This document shows, in pieces, positions 1 through 13,779 of a DNA stretch of 64,000 nt. The translations under genes and the position numbers were made by a program. The notes under the pieces were generated by a model that ran no database searches, had not been told where the DNA came from, and was given only the letters and a program-made list of their open reading frames with translations. The stretch comes from Vicugna vicugna (lineage: Eukaryota), in contig MU058213.1 in NCBI GenBank assembly GCA_013265495.1, positions 744,001 to 808,000 of the forward strand, read 5' to 3'. Each line of letters starts with the position of its first letter. Position 1 is the first letter of the stretch.

Positions 1-733
1 CCCAGCCCCCGCAATGGCTCCCTGCAGTCTATAGGGTGAGCGTAGCCGTTCTGGGCACCCTGTGATCTGGGCCTGCCCACGTCTCCAGCCGCCTGCCTCC
101 CACACTGCTCCCCTCACGCCTCACTGACAACACCCTCACCCTCCAAGGCAGCGCCGGACAGCAAGTCCGCGATCCCGCACTCCTGTCCTGAGCTCCCAGC
201 CTCTCCTGCTGTCCAGTCACCACTGGTATCTGGCAACATGGGTGGTGGTACCTAAGAAGGTTTGCTGGATGCACGGGACAAACAAACTACGGGACGCTTC
301 GTGACTTGTGAAAGAAAGTGTAGCCAAAGTGTCGAATGTGTTGTTTCCACTCTGTGGTTTATTCAAAGTAGGGCACAGATGTACTATCCCAAGCCTTTTC
401 TTTCCTCATCTGTTAAAATGGGCGTGTAAAGTAGGTATGATGAGCAGAGGTATCAACGATGAGGTATCAACGGCAGAGCTCTGAAACTCGGCACCAGGGA
501 AGTTTCACACACGGAAGCCCCTGGGAACCACCTCCCAGACCCAGGCAGGTGCTTCCACCACACCAGAAGGTTGCCTGACCCACTCCCGCCCCCACCAAGT
601 CAACGAGAGGAGGCTGTTCAACACGGCATGGAGCTCACTCAGCTCTACCAACAGTCAACAGCCCCGACTTCCCCCGTTTCTGATTTTATTAAAAATAATA
701 ATATAACTAACGAGAAACAAGAGCTTCCTCTTA

Positions 734-1036
<303 letters not shown>

Positions 1037-1239
1037 TTAATACAGGGCAATAGACTATATGCAGACTTTCTCACTCCCACAAACTTTTCAAAGTATTTTC
1101 CTCTAGCAGTATCGTACGTTGTAATTTCCCCTTCAACTTTGACTTTGAAGATTTTCAAATGTACAATAAAATTGAAAAAAATTAGTACAAAGAAGCCCCA
1201 GACCCTTTCGCACAGGTTCACTAACTTAACATTTTGGTG

Positions 1240-4200
1240 TATTTGCCATGGGAGCAAACTTGGGACCATTTGAACACAAGTTGCAGACATGACATATTAC
1301 ATCTAAATACTTCAATTTGCAAATTCACATCACCTAAAAATAAGAATGTTCTTCTATGATCACAAACTCATGATTACATCTGAGAAAACTAACAAAGATT
1401 CTACAACACCACGTAACACCGCATTCAGTCTTTCCCAACTGTCTCCAGGATCCAGGGCCCAATTAGGTACACACATTACATTCTGTTTTTATATCTTTTT
1501 AAGATCTTTTAATGAAGAACAGACACATTTTGCTGTCGCTCATGACTAGAGATCTTAGGTCAGTTAGTTGTCTTACAAATGTCACACACTCTGGATTTGT
1601 CACACTGTTTCTTAATGGTTGTATGCAAGCGTAACACTTGTAGTAATAATATAAGTGTGGTATATAAAGGTGAGATTGTGCACTTCTTTTCCACCGCTTT
1701 ACTTTAAGGGGCTTGCAATGCCTTTAGCCCCAAGTCTGATGATGCCAACTTTGATTACTTGGTTAAAGTGGGAACCACGATATCTCTCCATGGTAAAGAT
1801 GATCTGTTTGTAATTAGAGGCATACCTTGTTTTACTGTGCTTCACTTTATTGCATTTTTTTAAAAAAATTGAAGATTTGTGGTAATCCTGTGTCAAGCAA
1901 GTCTACCAAGTGCCATTTTTCCAACAGCATTTGCTCAGTTCGTGTCTCTGTGTCACTTTGGTAATTCTCACAATGTTTCAAATGTTTTCATTACTGTTAT
2001 ATTTGTTGTGGTGATCTGTGATCAGTGATCTTTAATGTTACTATCGTAATGGTTTTGGGGTGTCACAAACCAGGCCCGTATAAGATGGGGAACTTAATCA
2101 ATAAATGTTGTGTGTGTTCTGCCTGCTCCACCACCTGGCTGTTCCTCTATCTGCCTCCTCCCTTCAGGGCTCCCTATTTCCTGAGACACAATAATTTTGA
2201 AATTAGACCAGTTCATAACCCTACAATGGCCTCCCAGTGTTCAAGTGAAGGGAAGAGTCACATCTCTCACTTGAAATCGAAAGCTAGAAGTAATTAAGCT
2301 TAGGGAGGAAGGCATATGAAAAGCTGAGATAAGCCAAAACTAGGCCTCTACACCAGTTAGCCGAGTTGTGAAGGCAAAGGAAAAGTTTCTGAAGGAAATT
2401 AAAAGTGCTATTCCAAGGAACACACGGATGATCAGCAAGCAGAGCAGCCTCACTGCCAATAAGGAGCAAGTCTGGGTGGTCTGGATAGAAGATCAAGCCA
2501 GCCACAGCATTCCCTTCAGCCACAGCCTCATCCAGAGCAAGGCCCTAAGCCTCTTCAATTCTATGAAGGCCGAGAGAGGCAAGGAAGCCGCAGAAGAAAA
2601 GACTGAAGTCAGTCAGTAGAGGTTGGTTCATGAGGCTTAAGGAAAGAGGGCATCTCCATAACATAAAAGTGCAAACGCAAGCAGCAAGTGCAGATGCAGA
2701 AGCTGCAGCAAGCTAACCAGAGGATCCAGCTCAGATCATTCATGAAGACAGTGACACCGAACAACAGATTTTCAATGCAGACAAAACAGCCTGTGTTGGA
2801 GGAAAATGCCTTCTAGGACCCTCATAGTTAGAGAGGAGAAGTCAATGCCTGGCTTCAAGGCTTCAAAGGACAGGCGGACCCTCCTGTTAGGGGCCAGTGC
2901 AGCTGGTGACTTGAAGTTGAAGCCAGTGCTCACTTACCATTCCCCAAATCCTAGGGCCCTTAAGAATTATGCTAAGTCTACTCTGCCTGTGCTCTGTAAA
3001 TGGAACAACAAAGCTTGGATGACAGCACATCCATTGACAACATGGTTTACTGAATAGTTTAAGCTCACTGTTAAGACCTACTACTCAGAGAAAAAGATTC
3101 CTTTCAAAATATTACTGCTCATTGACAAAGCACATGGTCACCCAATGGCTCTGATGCAGACGCACAATGAGATTAATGTTGTCTTCATGCCTGTTGACAC
3201 AGCATCCATTCTGCAGCCCGTGGGTCAAGAAGAAATTCCAACTTTCATGTCTTCTTTAAGAAATACATTTTGTGAGGCTATAGCTGCCACAGAAGGTGAT
3301 TCCTCTGATGGAACTGGGCAGAATAAATTGGAAACTTTCGGAAGGGATTCACCACTCTCAATGCCATTAAGAACACTTGTGATTCTTGGGAAGAGGTCAA
3401 AATATCAACATTAATAGGAGTTTGGAAGAAGTCGATTCCATCCCTCACGGACGACTTGGGGGTGAGGGGTTTAAGACTTCAGTAGGGGAAGTAACTGTAG
3501 ATGTGCTGAAAACAGAAAGAGATTTGGTATTAGAAGCTGAGCCTCAAGATGGGGCTGAACTGCTGAAATCTCAGGATGATACTTTAATGCATGAGGAGTT
3601 GCCTCTTACGGGTGAGCAGAGAAAGTGGTTTCCTAAGACAGAATCTATTCCTGGTGAAGATGCCGTGAAGGTGACTGAAATGACAACAAAGGATTTAGAA
3701 TATTATACAGACTTAGCTGACATACAGTGGTGAGTTTTGAGAGGATGGACTCCAATTCTGAAAGACGTTCTACTGTGACTGTAATTTCATCAGACAGCAC
3801 TGCACGTGACCGAGAAACTGCTTGTGAAAGGAAGAGTTGATGGATATGACAAACTCCACTGATGTTTTATCTTAAGAAATACTGACAGCCACCCCAAGCT
3901 TCAGGAACCACCATCTTGCTCAGTCAGCAGCCATCCACACTGAGGCAAGACCCTCCACCAGCAAAAAAAATTATGACTTGTTGAAGGTTCAGATGATGGT
4001 TAGTATTTTTTAGCAGTAAAGTATTTTTTGATTAAGGTACACACATTGGTTTTTTTGGACACAATGCTATTGCACACTTAACAGACTCCAGGAGTGTAAA
4101 CACAACTTTTACATGCCCTGGAAAACCAAGAAATTTGTGTGACTCACTTTCTTGTGATATTCGCTTTATGGCAGTAGTCTGGAACCCAACCCACAGTGTT

Positions 4201-4640
4201 TCCAAGGTACGCTTGTGATGACACTCTGGTGTGACACTTTTAGGACACGTGACTACCCTGTTCTCAGAAACCATTATACAAACGGCTTTAGCATGATTAT
4301 CCTTGTTTGAGTAAAATATTACTTTATGGGTACAAAACAGTGATCTTCTAATCTGGTAATTCCGTCTGCATTTATTAGCTGATACTTTTCTGCTCACTTG
4401 GATTCTTTTTTCTCTTCAACTGTGCTTTGATCCAATACTACCATCATCCCATGTAATGCTGAAATTGTCACAACTCTGGACAGTGAGGGCCTCTTCAAAG
4501 GGCTCCTTATTCACTGATAAGACTTGAATATTCCCTTGTTTTCTGGAAAAAGAAAATATCCGGAGCTCACTTCATTCTCTTCCTGTCCTAGACCTACAAG
4601 CAGTCTTACTCCAAGGAGCCCTGCCTCCATTTAGCAGGAA
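1240..4640 (-). mobile_element. Old L1 (L1MC-like) 3' fragment split by the Tigger1 (pieces ~1240-1815 and ~4216-4640)
   Basis: Both flanks align by eye, in order, to the related L1MC-like copy at ~13780-14780. Confidence 0.6.
1817..4215 (+). mobile_element. Near-full-length Tigger1 DNA transposon (TcMar-Tigger) with decayed pogo-like transposase
   Basis: Termini TA-GAGGCATACCTTG...CCAAGGTACGCTTG-TG; ORF fragments at 2368-3733 ([18 protein letters not shown]...KASKDRRTLLLGA...NNKAWMT) typical of Tigger transposase, broken by stops and frameshifts. Confidence 0.92.
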
Positions 4641-6209
4641 TGATGTTGAGGAGGGGCACTCTCTCCAGAGGCCTGGGGAAGCTTGGGGACCCCTTTGCCT
4701 TTCCAATTGCTTGGAGGTGCAGGTGTAGATGTGGGTAGTCTATTACCAGCAGTTAGCTTTGGCGAGCTTGTTTATAGATCATGTGGGTGGGAGTGCTCTG
4801 CACTTGGCTGTGACAATGAACCAGCATGCACCAGACCATGTGCTTTCCTGATCCTCCAGGCGAAAACAGTTCTCTGAAGCTTCGGAGTAATTCCTGTCGC
4901 TCGGTTGGGATACTCACACCGTGGGTTATTTGCATTGCTATGAGAAGCAGAAAAGCCCTGTGGTGCGATGCACCAGGTACTGAATCTCTGCTTTAGTACC
5001 CAACTCATTTTGTGGTCTTGATTACGTTTTTAGGTTCTCTGAGCTTTCAGTGTCCTTAACTATAAAATGGAGTAGACTCCACCCACCCATCACAAGGGGC
5101 TGTTGTGAAGATTACACAGAGTTCAGTATGGGCCCCCAATGCATGACAGAGGCTCAGTAAGTGGTCATTAGTGTTATTTTAATACTCTTGCTTGGAGGCA
5201 GGTACTATGTTTCATGCATCTTTGAATCCCCCTAGGACACCCAGAATAGTGCTTTGCACACAGATGCTCATATCAGTGCACAATACCTGAATAAAGGCTT
5301 CCTGGGGATATGGCTTCAAATAAAAAAATACATACATATGTATATAAAATCAATTGGCACTTTTTTTGAGAAGTGGATTGTGTAAATACTAGTGTAGTTT
5401 TAGCTTTCGAGTTTGGAGCCAACTAAGAGATAGACCCAGTAGTCAGGCAGATGAAGATAAACCCACCCCTGTCGTCGCCTGTACAGACATTCAGAGAACG
5501 TGGCATAGGTGTGGGCCTGTGTGATAAGGGAGTTACAGGGATGTCAAAGCCATGGCTGGGAAACACTATGCGAGATTATCACTGGAAACTCAAATGAATC
5601 ACAGTTGCTCTTAACAGTTCTAGGAAAGGTCTGAGCAGGGCAGAGGGTGCAGTCTTTCTCAGTTTAGTTTTTGAAGCTCTCTCCTCACCCACTGGACTCC
5701 CCATATTTTAAAAAATGCTTTCATAAATATTCACAACTTGAACGTCTTCTGCTTTGGTTTTTACATCAACCTGCGAGGCAGCCAGCGGAGGTCCTGACCT
5801 TCTACCACCTGCCAGGGTCCAGATGACTGAGATTAAAGAACCAGCCATCCCTCTGCTCTGCACTCTCTGCATCAGGGTGTCACCAGGAAGCTGTCTACCT
5901 GGGCTTTGTAAAATTCTTCCACTGGGTTTCATTTAGTGAGGATTAAAATAAGAAATAGCCTACAGAATCATTTTCTAAACTACTGTTGAAGACATTGTAC
6001 ACTATGGTTATCATATTCATTGCACATCACAGGAGCTACCCAATATATTCTTTTTCTAATTTGAAATTAGATCTCTGATATCTCAATCTCAAATGTTGAT
6101 AAATTTATATAACCCACCCAACTCTATGCATTTGCTAGAATTAATGCCCAATTAGAAACATATTACCCTAGGGTTTTTTTTTTAATGTAGAATATTTATT
6201 ATTCCTACT

Positions 6210-6800
6210 GAGTAGTGAAGAATTGACCTTACTTAATAAGAGGTCTGGCTTTGCCCTCAGCTACTGGGAGGTGATCCCTAAGCTCCTGAAATGCTCTGCC
6301 TGTTGGGGGTGTCTTTGTTTGCCTGGGGCTTTGGCTACTGGACAGTCTAACACTGTGATTTATGATGGGAGCTTTGGGACGCATCCTATGAGTTCTGACC
6401 TCTGGAGGAAGTGGAGATTTAAGGTATTAGCCTGACCTCCAGGAGAGACTGGAGCCTCAAGGTCAGCCGTGGGCAGTTTGTGATGGAGTCCCGCCAAAAC
6501 CCTGGACACCGAAGGCTCTGGTGAGTCCTCCCCGTAGGCAATACTCCGACTGTGGCCAGGAGGAAGGAACGCCACCTGTGACTTCACAGGGAGGGGACGA
6601 CTGGACACTCCACGTTTGGACCCCTCCCGGACTCTGCCCCCTGTACATTTTCCTTTTCTGGTTCTAATTTGTATCCTTTCATTGTGATAAAACTGTGATA
6701 AAAATGAGAGTTAAGCAGAGCACTTTCCTGAGTTCTGTGAGCCTGATGGTGATTGTGGGGAAACTGGCTGGTGGCTGAACTGGGGGGAGCCTTGTGGGGC
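6210..6800 (+). mobile_element. ERV-type solo LTR, MER21-like
   Basis: GAGGTCTGGCTTTGCCCTCAGCTACTGGGAGGTGATCCCTAAG...GAGTTCTGTGAG resembles recalled MER21 consensus. Confidence 0.6.
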
Positions 6801-8117
6801 TGCACCTTGTAACCGTTCAGTGGGCCGAACTCCTCCACACCACCTTGTAATTGTGGCGTATGTATATAAATGTGTTAGATATATGTGTGTTTACAGCTGT
6901 ATCTTTATCTATATTTATATGTGTGTGTCTTTTATTGTGGTCACTTCCTTTCAGGAAGTAGATGGGGATACATTTTATCTAAATACTACCTTCCAGTTAT
7001 AAAAAGAAGATACAATCTACTTTTGAGTTATTTAAAAAATTTGAAAATATGAAATATATGTATGTAAGCAATGTCTCCAAAGGCACACAGGGTCTCAGCA
7101 AGTGTTGAGAGTGGGAAGTTGCCCCCAAGCAGTCATCCAAAGGGAGGTGACACCAGGGATGATGGCTGGTGTGACTCTGGCTGGAGAAGGCGCCAAAGGT
7201 TTTGCTTGGAGGCCCAGGCTTTTCATATTTGAAATAAAACTCACTTCTCTTGATCATAAAGATAACATATGCTTATTTTTAAAAACTGAAAATAGACAAA
7301 ATTATGATGAAGAGAAAAATACCCATAGTCCCATCATCCAGAAAGAACTACTGTTGTGTTTTTGGTATAATTCATCACAGCCTTTATACTAATGCCTCTT
7401 CTCTAAATATGGTTGAGATCCTACTATGGAAATATTTTGAATGGTCTCAAAATTGTTTCACATAGGGACAGAAAATTATGTTGGCTGAAGTTCTCACAGC
7501 CAACTCTGTTAAACTGAGCTCCAGGAGAACAGAGATTAATAATGAAAATTTTCCTAAGAATCTTGACACTCTTCAATTATCATAATTAAGAATTTTTCAT
7601 TTTTAATGGCTATATAATATTCCATCCAATTCATGTATCATAATTCACTTAACAATATCCTTTGATGGACATACTGTTTCCCCTTTTTCTTTTTTGCTTT
7701 ATTTTAAATAATGCTACAATACGTGTTATTGTTTATACGGTTTTTCTATATTTTTGGATCATTCTTTTCAAACATTCTTAGATGTGGAATTACTAGGTCA
7801 AGGGTTATATATTTTCAAGGCTTTTGATATACATTACCAGCATGCTTTCCAAAGAGCTTGCACCAATTTATAGTCCCTGCCAACATCATTTGAGAGTGGA
7901 GAGGATAGGTTTGACACTTACACTACAATCAATCTGTAATGATAATAACTATGAAATACTTTTTGTAGTTTTTTTCTTTGATAAAATTCAGAGAGGATTA
8001 CACACTGCTTAAATAAACAACAGAAATTACAAGTTCTTATTTGCTTGCTTGTTTCTGTCCACAGAGGAGTCCTGCATGGCTAAGAGGACGTGTGAGAGGC
8101 TGCTGCCGCCTGACTTA

Positions 8118-8384
<267 letters not shown>

Positions 8385-8595
8385 TCATATATTCTGACAG
8401 TTAAAAATCTCAACCAGCAAAACAACAGCCTCAATGTTTTACTTCTTTATTAATGTTATACTCCTCTTGTTGTTGTGAATGCATATTGGGGCTCATTTTC
8501 TCTGAAAGGTCCATCCGAATTTCACTTTGGATACGTATACACTTTACCTTATTTACTCAGATTCCCTCTGTTATCAAAACATATTCCTGAATGAT

Positions 8596-8743
8596 GGGGG
8601 GAGGGTATAGCTCAGTGGTAGAGCACATGCTTAGCATGCATGAGGTTCTGGGTTCAATCCCCAGTACCTCCACTAAAAATCAATCAATCAATCAACCTAA
8701 TTACCTCCCCCCTTATTAAAACCCCCCAAAACAAAACAAAAAA
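8596..8743 (+). mobile_element. tRNA-derived SINE, camelid type, with A-rich tail and TSD
   Basis: GGGGAGGGTATAGCTCAGTGGTAGAG (A box)...GGTTCAATCCCCAGTACCTCC (B box), (CAAT)n, ACCTAATTACCTCCCC, A-tail; flanks ATATTCCTGAAT / ATACTCCTGAAT. Confidence 0.85.
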
Positions 8744-9184
8744 TACTCCTGAATAAAAAACTTTCTACATGTATATGATGAGTCTGTTTACTTGTAAGTG
8801 AGTATACAAGAGCCTCTGCCCCCTCAGGGTCCTAAAGCATTCCTGGGCAGTTATGATGGGGGTGGGGGTGGGGAGGGTGAGCGGAGCTGTGCTCAGGGAA
8901 CCCATAAAATGGAAGCCTTAAGAACGAGGTGTAAGTCCTTGGCTCCTGGCTGGTGTCTGAGTCACTCACATCCTCCTGCACGCAGATAAGCCAAAACAAA
9001 GGCCCAGTGCAAACGCTTCTGCGTCTGCAGCCTTATTTCCACGGAGACATGGGCCCTGGCCCTGGTCCCGGCAGCAGTGAGATGTGCAGCTTCATGGAGG
9101 CCGACCACCTGTCCAACCTCAGTCTCCTTCTCCATCTGGGAAGGGGGAGGCTGGGAGTGGATGGTTTCTGAAGTTCATTCAATT

Positions 9185-9340
9185 GGGATTAACAGATACA
9201 CACCACTATATATAAAATAGATAAACAACAAGGATCTACTGTATAGCACAGGGAACTATATTCAATAGCTTGTAATAACATATAATGGAAAAGAATCTGA
9301 AAAAGTATATATGTGTGTGTGTGCGTATGTGTGCATATAT
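9185..9340 (+). mobile_element. L1 3'UTR fragment (artiodactyl type)
   Basis: ATAAACAACAAGGATCTACTGTATAGCACAGGGAACTATATTCAA motif, also present in the L1 copies at ~29.9 and ~39.5 kb. Confidence 0.75.
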
Positions 9341-10078
9341 ATACACATGCATGTGACATTCACTGAACACATTCAATAACACGGAATGAGGACGCTGCTC
9401 AGTTTGAGACAGATACAGGTTTCCTTTTTTAGACAGTGAAAAGGATGACTTTCTTTCTAAGTAACTACTGGAATCCATATTTAATACACAGTACTTGTTA
9501 TTGTAAATGCCAACACAAATGCAGGCACGAAAGCACACCTGCACATAGATTCCAGCCTTTCTATTTAGTCTCAGTTTAGGTCTAATTTGGGGCCGTGCAC
9601 GCCTCTGCCAGACTTGCAGGGGGCTCACAGACTGCATCCCTGGGAAGTGCCGTTTGATGCCACCACAGCCTCAGCTTCCCATCCTGTTAGCTCAAGTCCA
9701 TGAGCTATGGGGTCAAGTCAAAGAGGGAGGCAGAGAGAACTGGGGATGTGGTACCTCTCATCACCAGTCAGAAGAAAAATCATAAATGCAGGAGCATGTG
9801 TGAATGGGACAAGTTTCCAGGCCACGGCCTCTCCTGTTTTGGTGTCAGTACCCTCTACGTTAGCCCTGTGGGCCCTTCTCTGGGTAAGGGGTTCGGCTGG
9901 AGAGTGGAAGGAACACTACAGTGGGCTGCGAGGCTGCCCGAACATGGATGGGCTCTCATGGGGTCTGCACCCCGAGACAGGCTCCTGAAGGGCAGGGCGA
10001 CCACTAGCGGGGTGCTTGGCAAGGATGAGGACAGGGCTGGGGTTATGAAGAGCCTCAATCCAGGGGACCATGCCTTAC

Positions 10079-10120
10079 CTTGTTAGTAGTGAAGGAATCC
10101 CACACAATCACCTTCCCATC
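10079..10120 (-). CDS. GNB5: GNB5 42-nt coding exon DGKVIVWDSFTTNK (not in ORF track)
   Basis: Manual translation; ctcttttccctccAG acceptor, GTAAGG donor; fills the gap between SSSQ and EHAV of Gbeta5. Confidence 0.96.
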
Positions 10121-10144
10121 CTGGAGGGAAAAGAGTAAACAGTT

Positions 10145-10397
10145 CAATAAACTAGTGGTCACCAGTGGGGAAGAGGGAAGGCAGAGGGGAAATACGGTGG
10201 TAGGGGATGAAGAGGTACAAACTATGTGTATAAAATAAGCTACGAGGATATCCTGTGCAGCACAGGGAATATAGCTAATATTTTATACTATCACTGGAGG
10301 ATAACCTTCAAAAATCGTGACTCACTATGTTGTACACCTGTAACTTATATAATATTGTACATCAACTATACTTCAAAGGAAAAAAAAAAGAAGAAAA
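10145..10397 (+). mobile_element. L1 3' end with poly(A) tail
   Basis: CACAGGGAATATAGCTAATATTTT...ATCAACTATACTTCAA followed by A-tail. Confidence 0.75.
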
Positions 10398-12669
10398 GAG
10401 TAAACGGTTCAAGAACTGTCCACAAGCCTTTCCACGTAACTGCTGAGACCTGCTCAGAAAGCCACATCCAGCTGGGCACTGCCAAACGGAAGCCCGGGCA
10501 AGCAGCTGGACAATCAAGACCCTTCAACCTACCCTTGAAGAACCTCCCAGCCTGACGCAAGGCTCAGTCCTCAGCCCTGCATCCCTTGTGGAGGTACGAC
10601 CACAGAAAGCAATGCTCCAACACTTCCTCTGCACCACTTATAAATCAAGCTCAAACTGCTAGTAAACTGTCATCACCACCACAGCCCGTCAGTGTCGGTA
10701 AGTTAACCAGGTAAGAGAAGCCTGAAATCACTTTCAGATGCCTGACGGTAACTAACACTCTCTGACCTTCTCCTCGCCATCCCCACCAGCCTGTCCTCTC
10801 TACCAAGCACCTTTGAGTGCACATTCCCTGCAGGACCGTGCAAGAGCTCCACCCCATTCTGGGCCCTCCATCCTCCCTTCGTGGAAGCCGTGGACGGGGG
10901 CTGGGTGGGCCTGAGATCAGTCTGACTTCCCCAGGTGCTCGCAGACATTTCACACCCACCACACCTGAGCTGCTGAGAACAACATGGGACACCTGTGATG
11001 GTGGGGACCCCCGGGGGCAGCTGTTCTGGAAACAAAGAGCCCTCCCTGTTGAAGGTGAGCTCTGGGCTGGTGATGCCACAGACAGTGCTGCCACCTTCAC
11101 TGCAGTCGCTGCTACAGCCGTCACGGAGTAGGGGGTGGGGGGTGCGGAGGGGCTCCGAGGTCATTTATTTGTAATACAAACCCACCAGAGACAAACCCAC
11201 ATGAGCCCCGGTCCCCACAGTGCAGTCACCTGCCCAGAACGTGGTATGCGGGTTGTCTGGGCCCCTGGGCTCTGGCTGGCAGTGGAGCAGGACGGCTGAG
11301 CCAACTTCCTTCAGCACATGGGTCCCCGGAGCATCCTCGGGGATGGTGAGTCTGCAGCCTCTGCGGCAGGCTTGATGTTTTTTATCACTCAAGCCATGTG
11401 AAGCCCAGTCTGGTGAGTGAGGTGGATGCCACTGAAGGGCACCAGCAAGGTCTGGGTATCTCAAGTGACAGCTGCTCGCTTCACTTGATCTGATGGAAGA
11501 TGTCCGTATTGGTGCTGCGTGAGGCTGAGAGGCTAAGATCAAGGTCAAAGCCGGCAGCTTGGGGCCTTTCAAAACTCCTAAGCACATTGGTTCTTCCAGT
11601 CTAATCTCTCTGACTAAACGCCCAAACGTGATCGTGATGTGTGGGTGGATTAGGTAACAGCGCAGAGCAGAGAGCAGGGGCTGAGTGTGGCGGCGGGATA
11701 CAGAATCAGTGCATCGCCCAAGTCAGACCCCTTCAGTCTTCCTCCACCGCACAGCCTGCCTGCCTGGGCCCACTGCCCACCCACTGTATGCTGTGGAGAG
11801 AGCAAGGCACCAAGGGGCTAAAATCAGTCTCATAACTAAACGCAGCGTCCTCCGCAAGCACAGACAGATACACCAAGGGCCTACGTACCTGGAGAGGCTG
11901 TGCCTCCACCCCGAACCCTAACCCACACAGTCAGGCGGATTAATCTGCCACCATTTAAGGGAGAAGGGCTGCTCTGAGTCACTAAAGTCTGCTCCGCAGC
12001 CCTCATGCTATTTTCCACCTTCCTCCCACACCCCACCCACCTCTCCTGTCTCTGTGCTGCAGACGTGGATGGATGGCGTGAGTCAGCAGGGCCCAAGCGT
12101 CCCTCCCTCCCTGCCTCTCTAGTAAGAGTGGTACGTGAGAAACAGAAAATCCAACATGCGGTATCCTTCCAAGGATAAAAAAAAAAAAAAAAAGTCTGAA
12201 AGTCTGGGCAGCAACATGTACATCGCAACAACCACTTTGTAGAAATGAGCATTTGAATAAAGTCTGGAAAGAAATGCTCTAAAATAATGACTGTGACAGG
12301 GTGGTAGGAGTAAAAACCTTTTCTTTGTTCTCTTTTCCAGTAAAATATATAAGTAATAAACTAAAATTTTTATGACCATAAAAAAAGCAAGTGCAATGTG
12401 ACAGACGAGTTTTGTAGGTAATAACAGGAGATTAGTAACACCTGTGCTATCAAACACAGTACTGACAGAGACATTAGGGTTTATGGATTACTTAGACTAT
12501 GTACAGTTTTTATGCTTAAAAGAGTTATAAATAAAAACTGAATTTTCCTTTGAAAAGGCTAGACTAAAGGTAGAGGCAGAGGCTGGGGGCCGTAAAAACA
12601 TATGACTTCAGTTTATGGTTTCATGTTCAATGCATGTAACATCAAAAGAGACATAAAAAGCCCTAAGCA

Positions 12670-13140
12670 CTGGTAGCCAGCCTCCTGAAATACATATCCT
12701 TGTCCAGGCCCCTCCCTCATTAGATCAGGGTTGGTCTGTGTGACCAGTGGAATACGGCAGAAGGGAGGGGATGTCACTTCTGAGGCGAGGTCATCAAAGA
12801 CAGCACGGCTTCTGCCTGTCTCCCCCTCTTGCTCTAGGGGAGGCCAGCTACCATGTGGTAGCAGCCCAGTGGAAAGGCCCACACAGTGAGGAGCTAAGGC
12901 CTCCAGCCAATGGTCATGTGAATGAGTCATTTTGGAAGTGAGTTTCTGCCTTAGCCAAGCTGTCAGATCACTGCATCTCCCATCAACATCTTGACTGCAA
13001 TGTGATGAGGGACCCTGAGGCAGAATCACCCAGCTGAGTTGCTCCAGATCCCCGACTCTCAGAAACCATGTAAGATACTAAATACTTTAAGTTGCTGAAT
13101 TTGGGGGTAATTTTTTACGCAGCAGTAGCTAACTAAGACA
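12670..13140 (+). mobile_element. MaLR solo LTR (MLT1-type)
   Basis: Typical MLT1 motifs and terminal ...GCAGCAGTAGCTAACTAAGACA. Confidence 0.7.
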
Positions 13141-13481
13141 TAAGATGTAAAATAAACTATGTCAGCTATACAAAATGAATGAAAAAAATCATACTTCACA
13201 AAATACAGATCTTAAATTTGTTCTTTAAGGCATAAAAACTGCTAAACTCTTAAACTGAAAGAAGCCACAGTGGCATCTCAATCACTTATGCCCTCAATGC
13301 AGGAAAAAAACCCTGCTGCTTAAATAATGGCTTCACCCACAAATAAGACCCTGAATACGCTCAAGAAGAAATAACTTTGAAAAATGGTTTGTCAAACATA
13401 GTTTACAAATTTCAGTTATTACCAATACCAAATCTACCCAAATTAGTGAATTAGTTCTCAAGTGGGCCAGAGAATTCTTCA

Positions 13482-13778
<297 letters not shown>

Positions 13779-13779
13779 T

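Noticed and set aside
447..472. GAGGTATCAACG direct repeat (2 copies) as an array
   Set aside because: Only two 12-bp copies; ordinary micro-duplication, not CRISPR-like in a mammalian intron
2368..3733. Transposase-like ORFs as a domesticated TIGD-type gene
   Set aside because: Split over several frames with stops and enclosed by TIRs; a decayed Tigger1
8596..8672. Functional tRNA gene
   Set aside because: Followed by a SINE body, A-tail and TSD; it is a tRNA-derived SINE
10651..11921. Cluster of 100-157 aa ORFs in a GNB5 intron
   Set aside because: Overlapping on both strands in GC-rich DNA, no recognisable domain or exon structure, and not needed for the Gbeta5 frame
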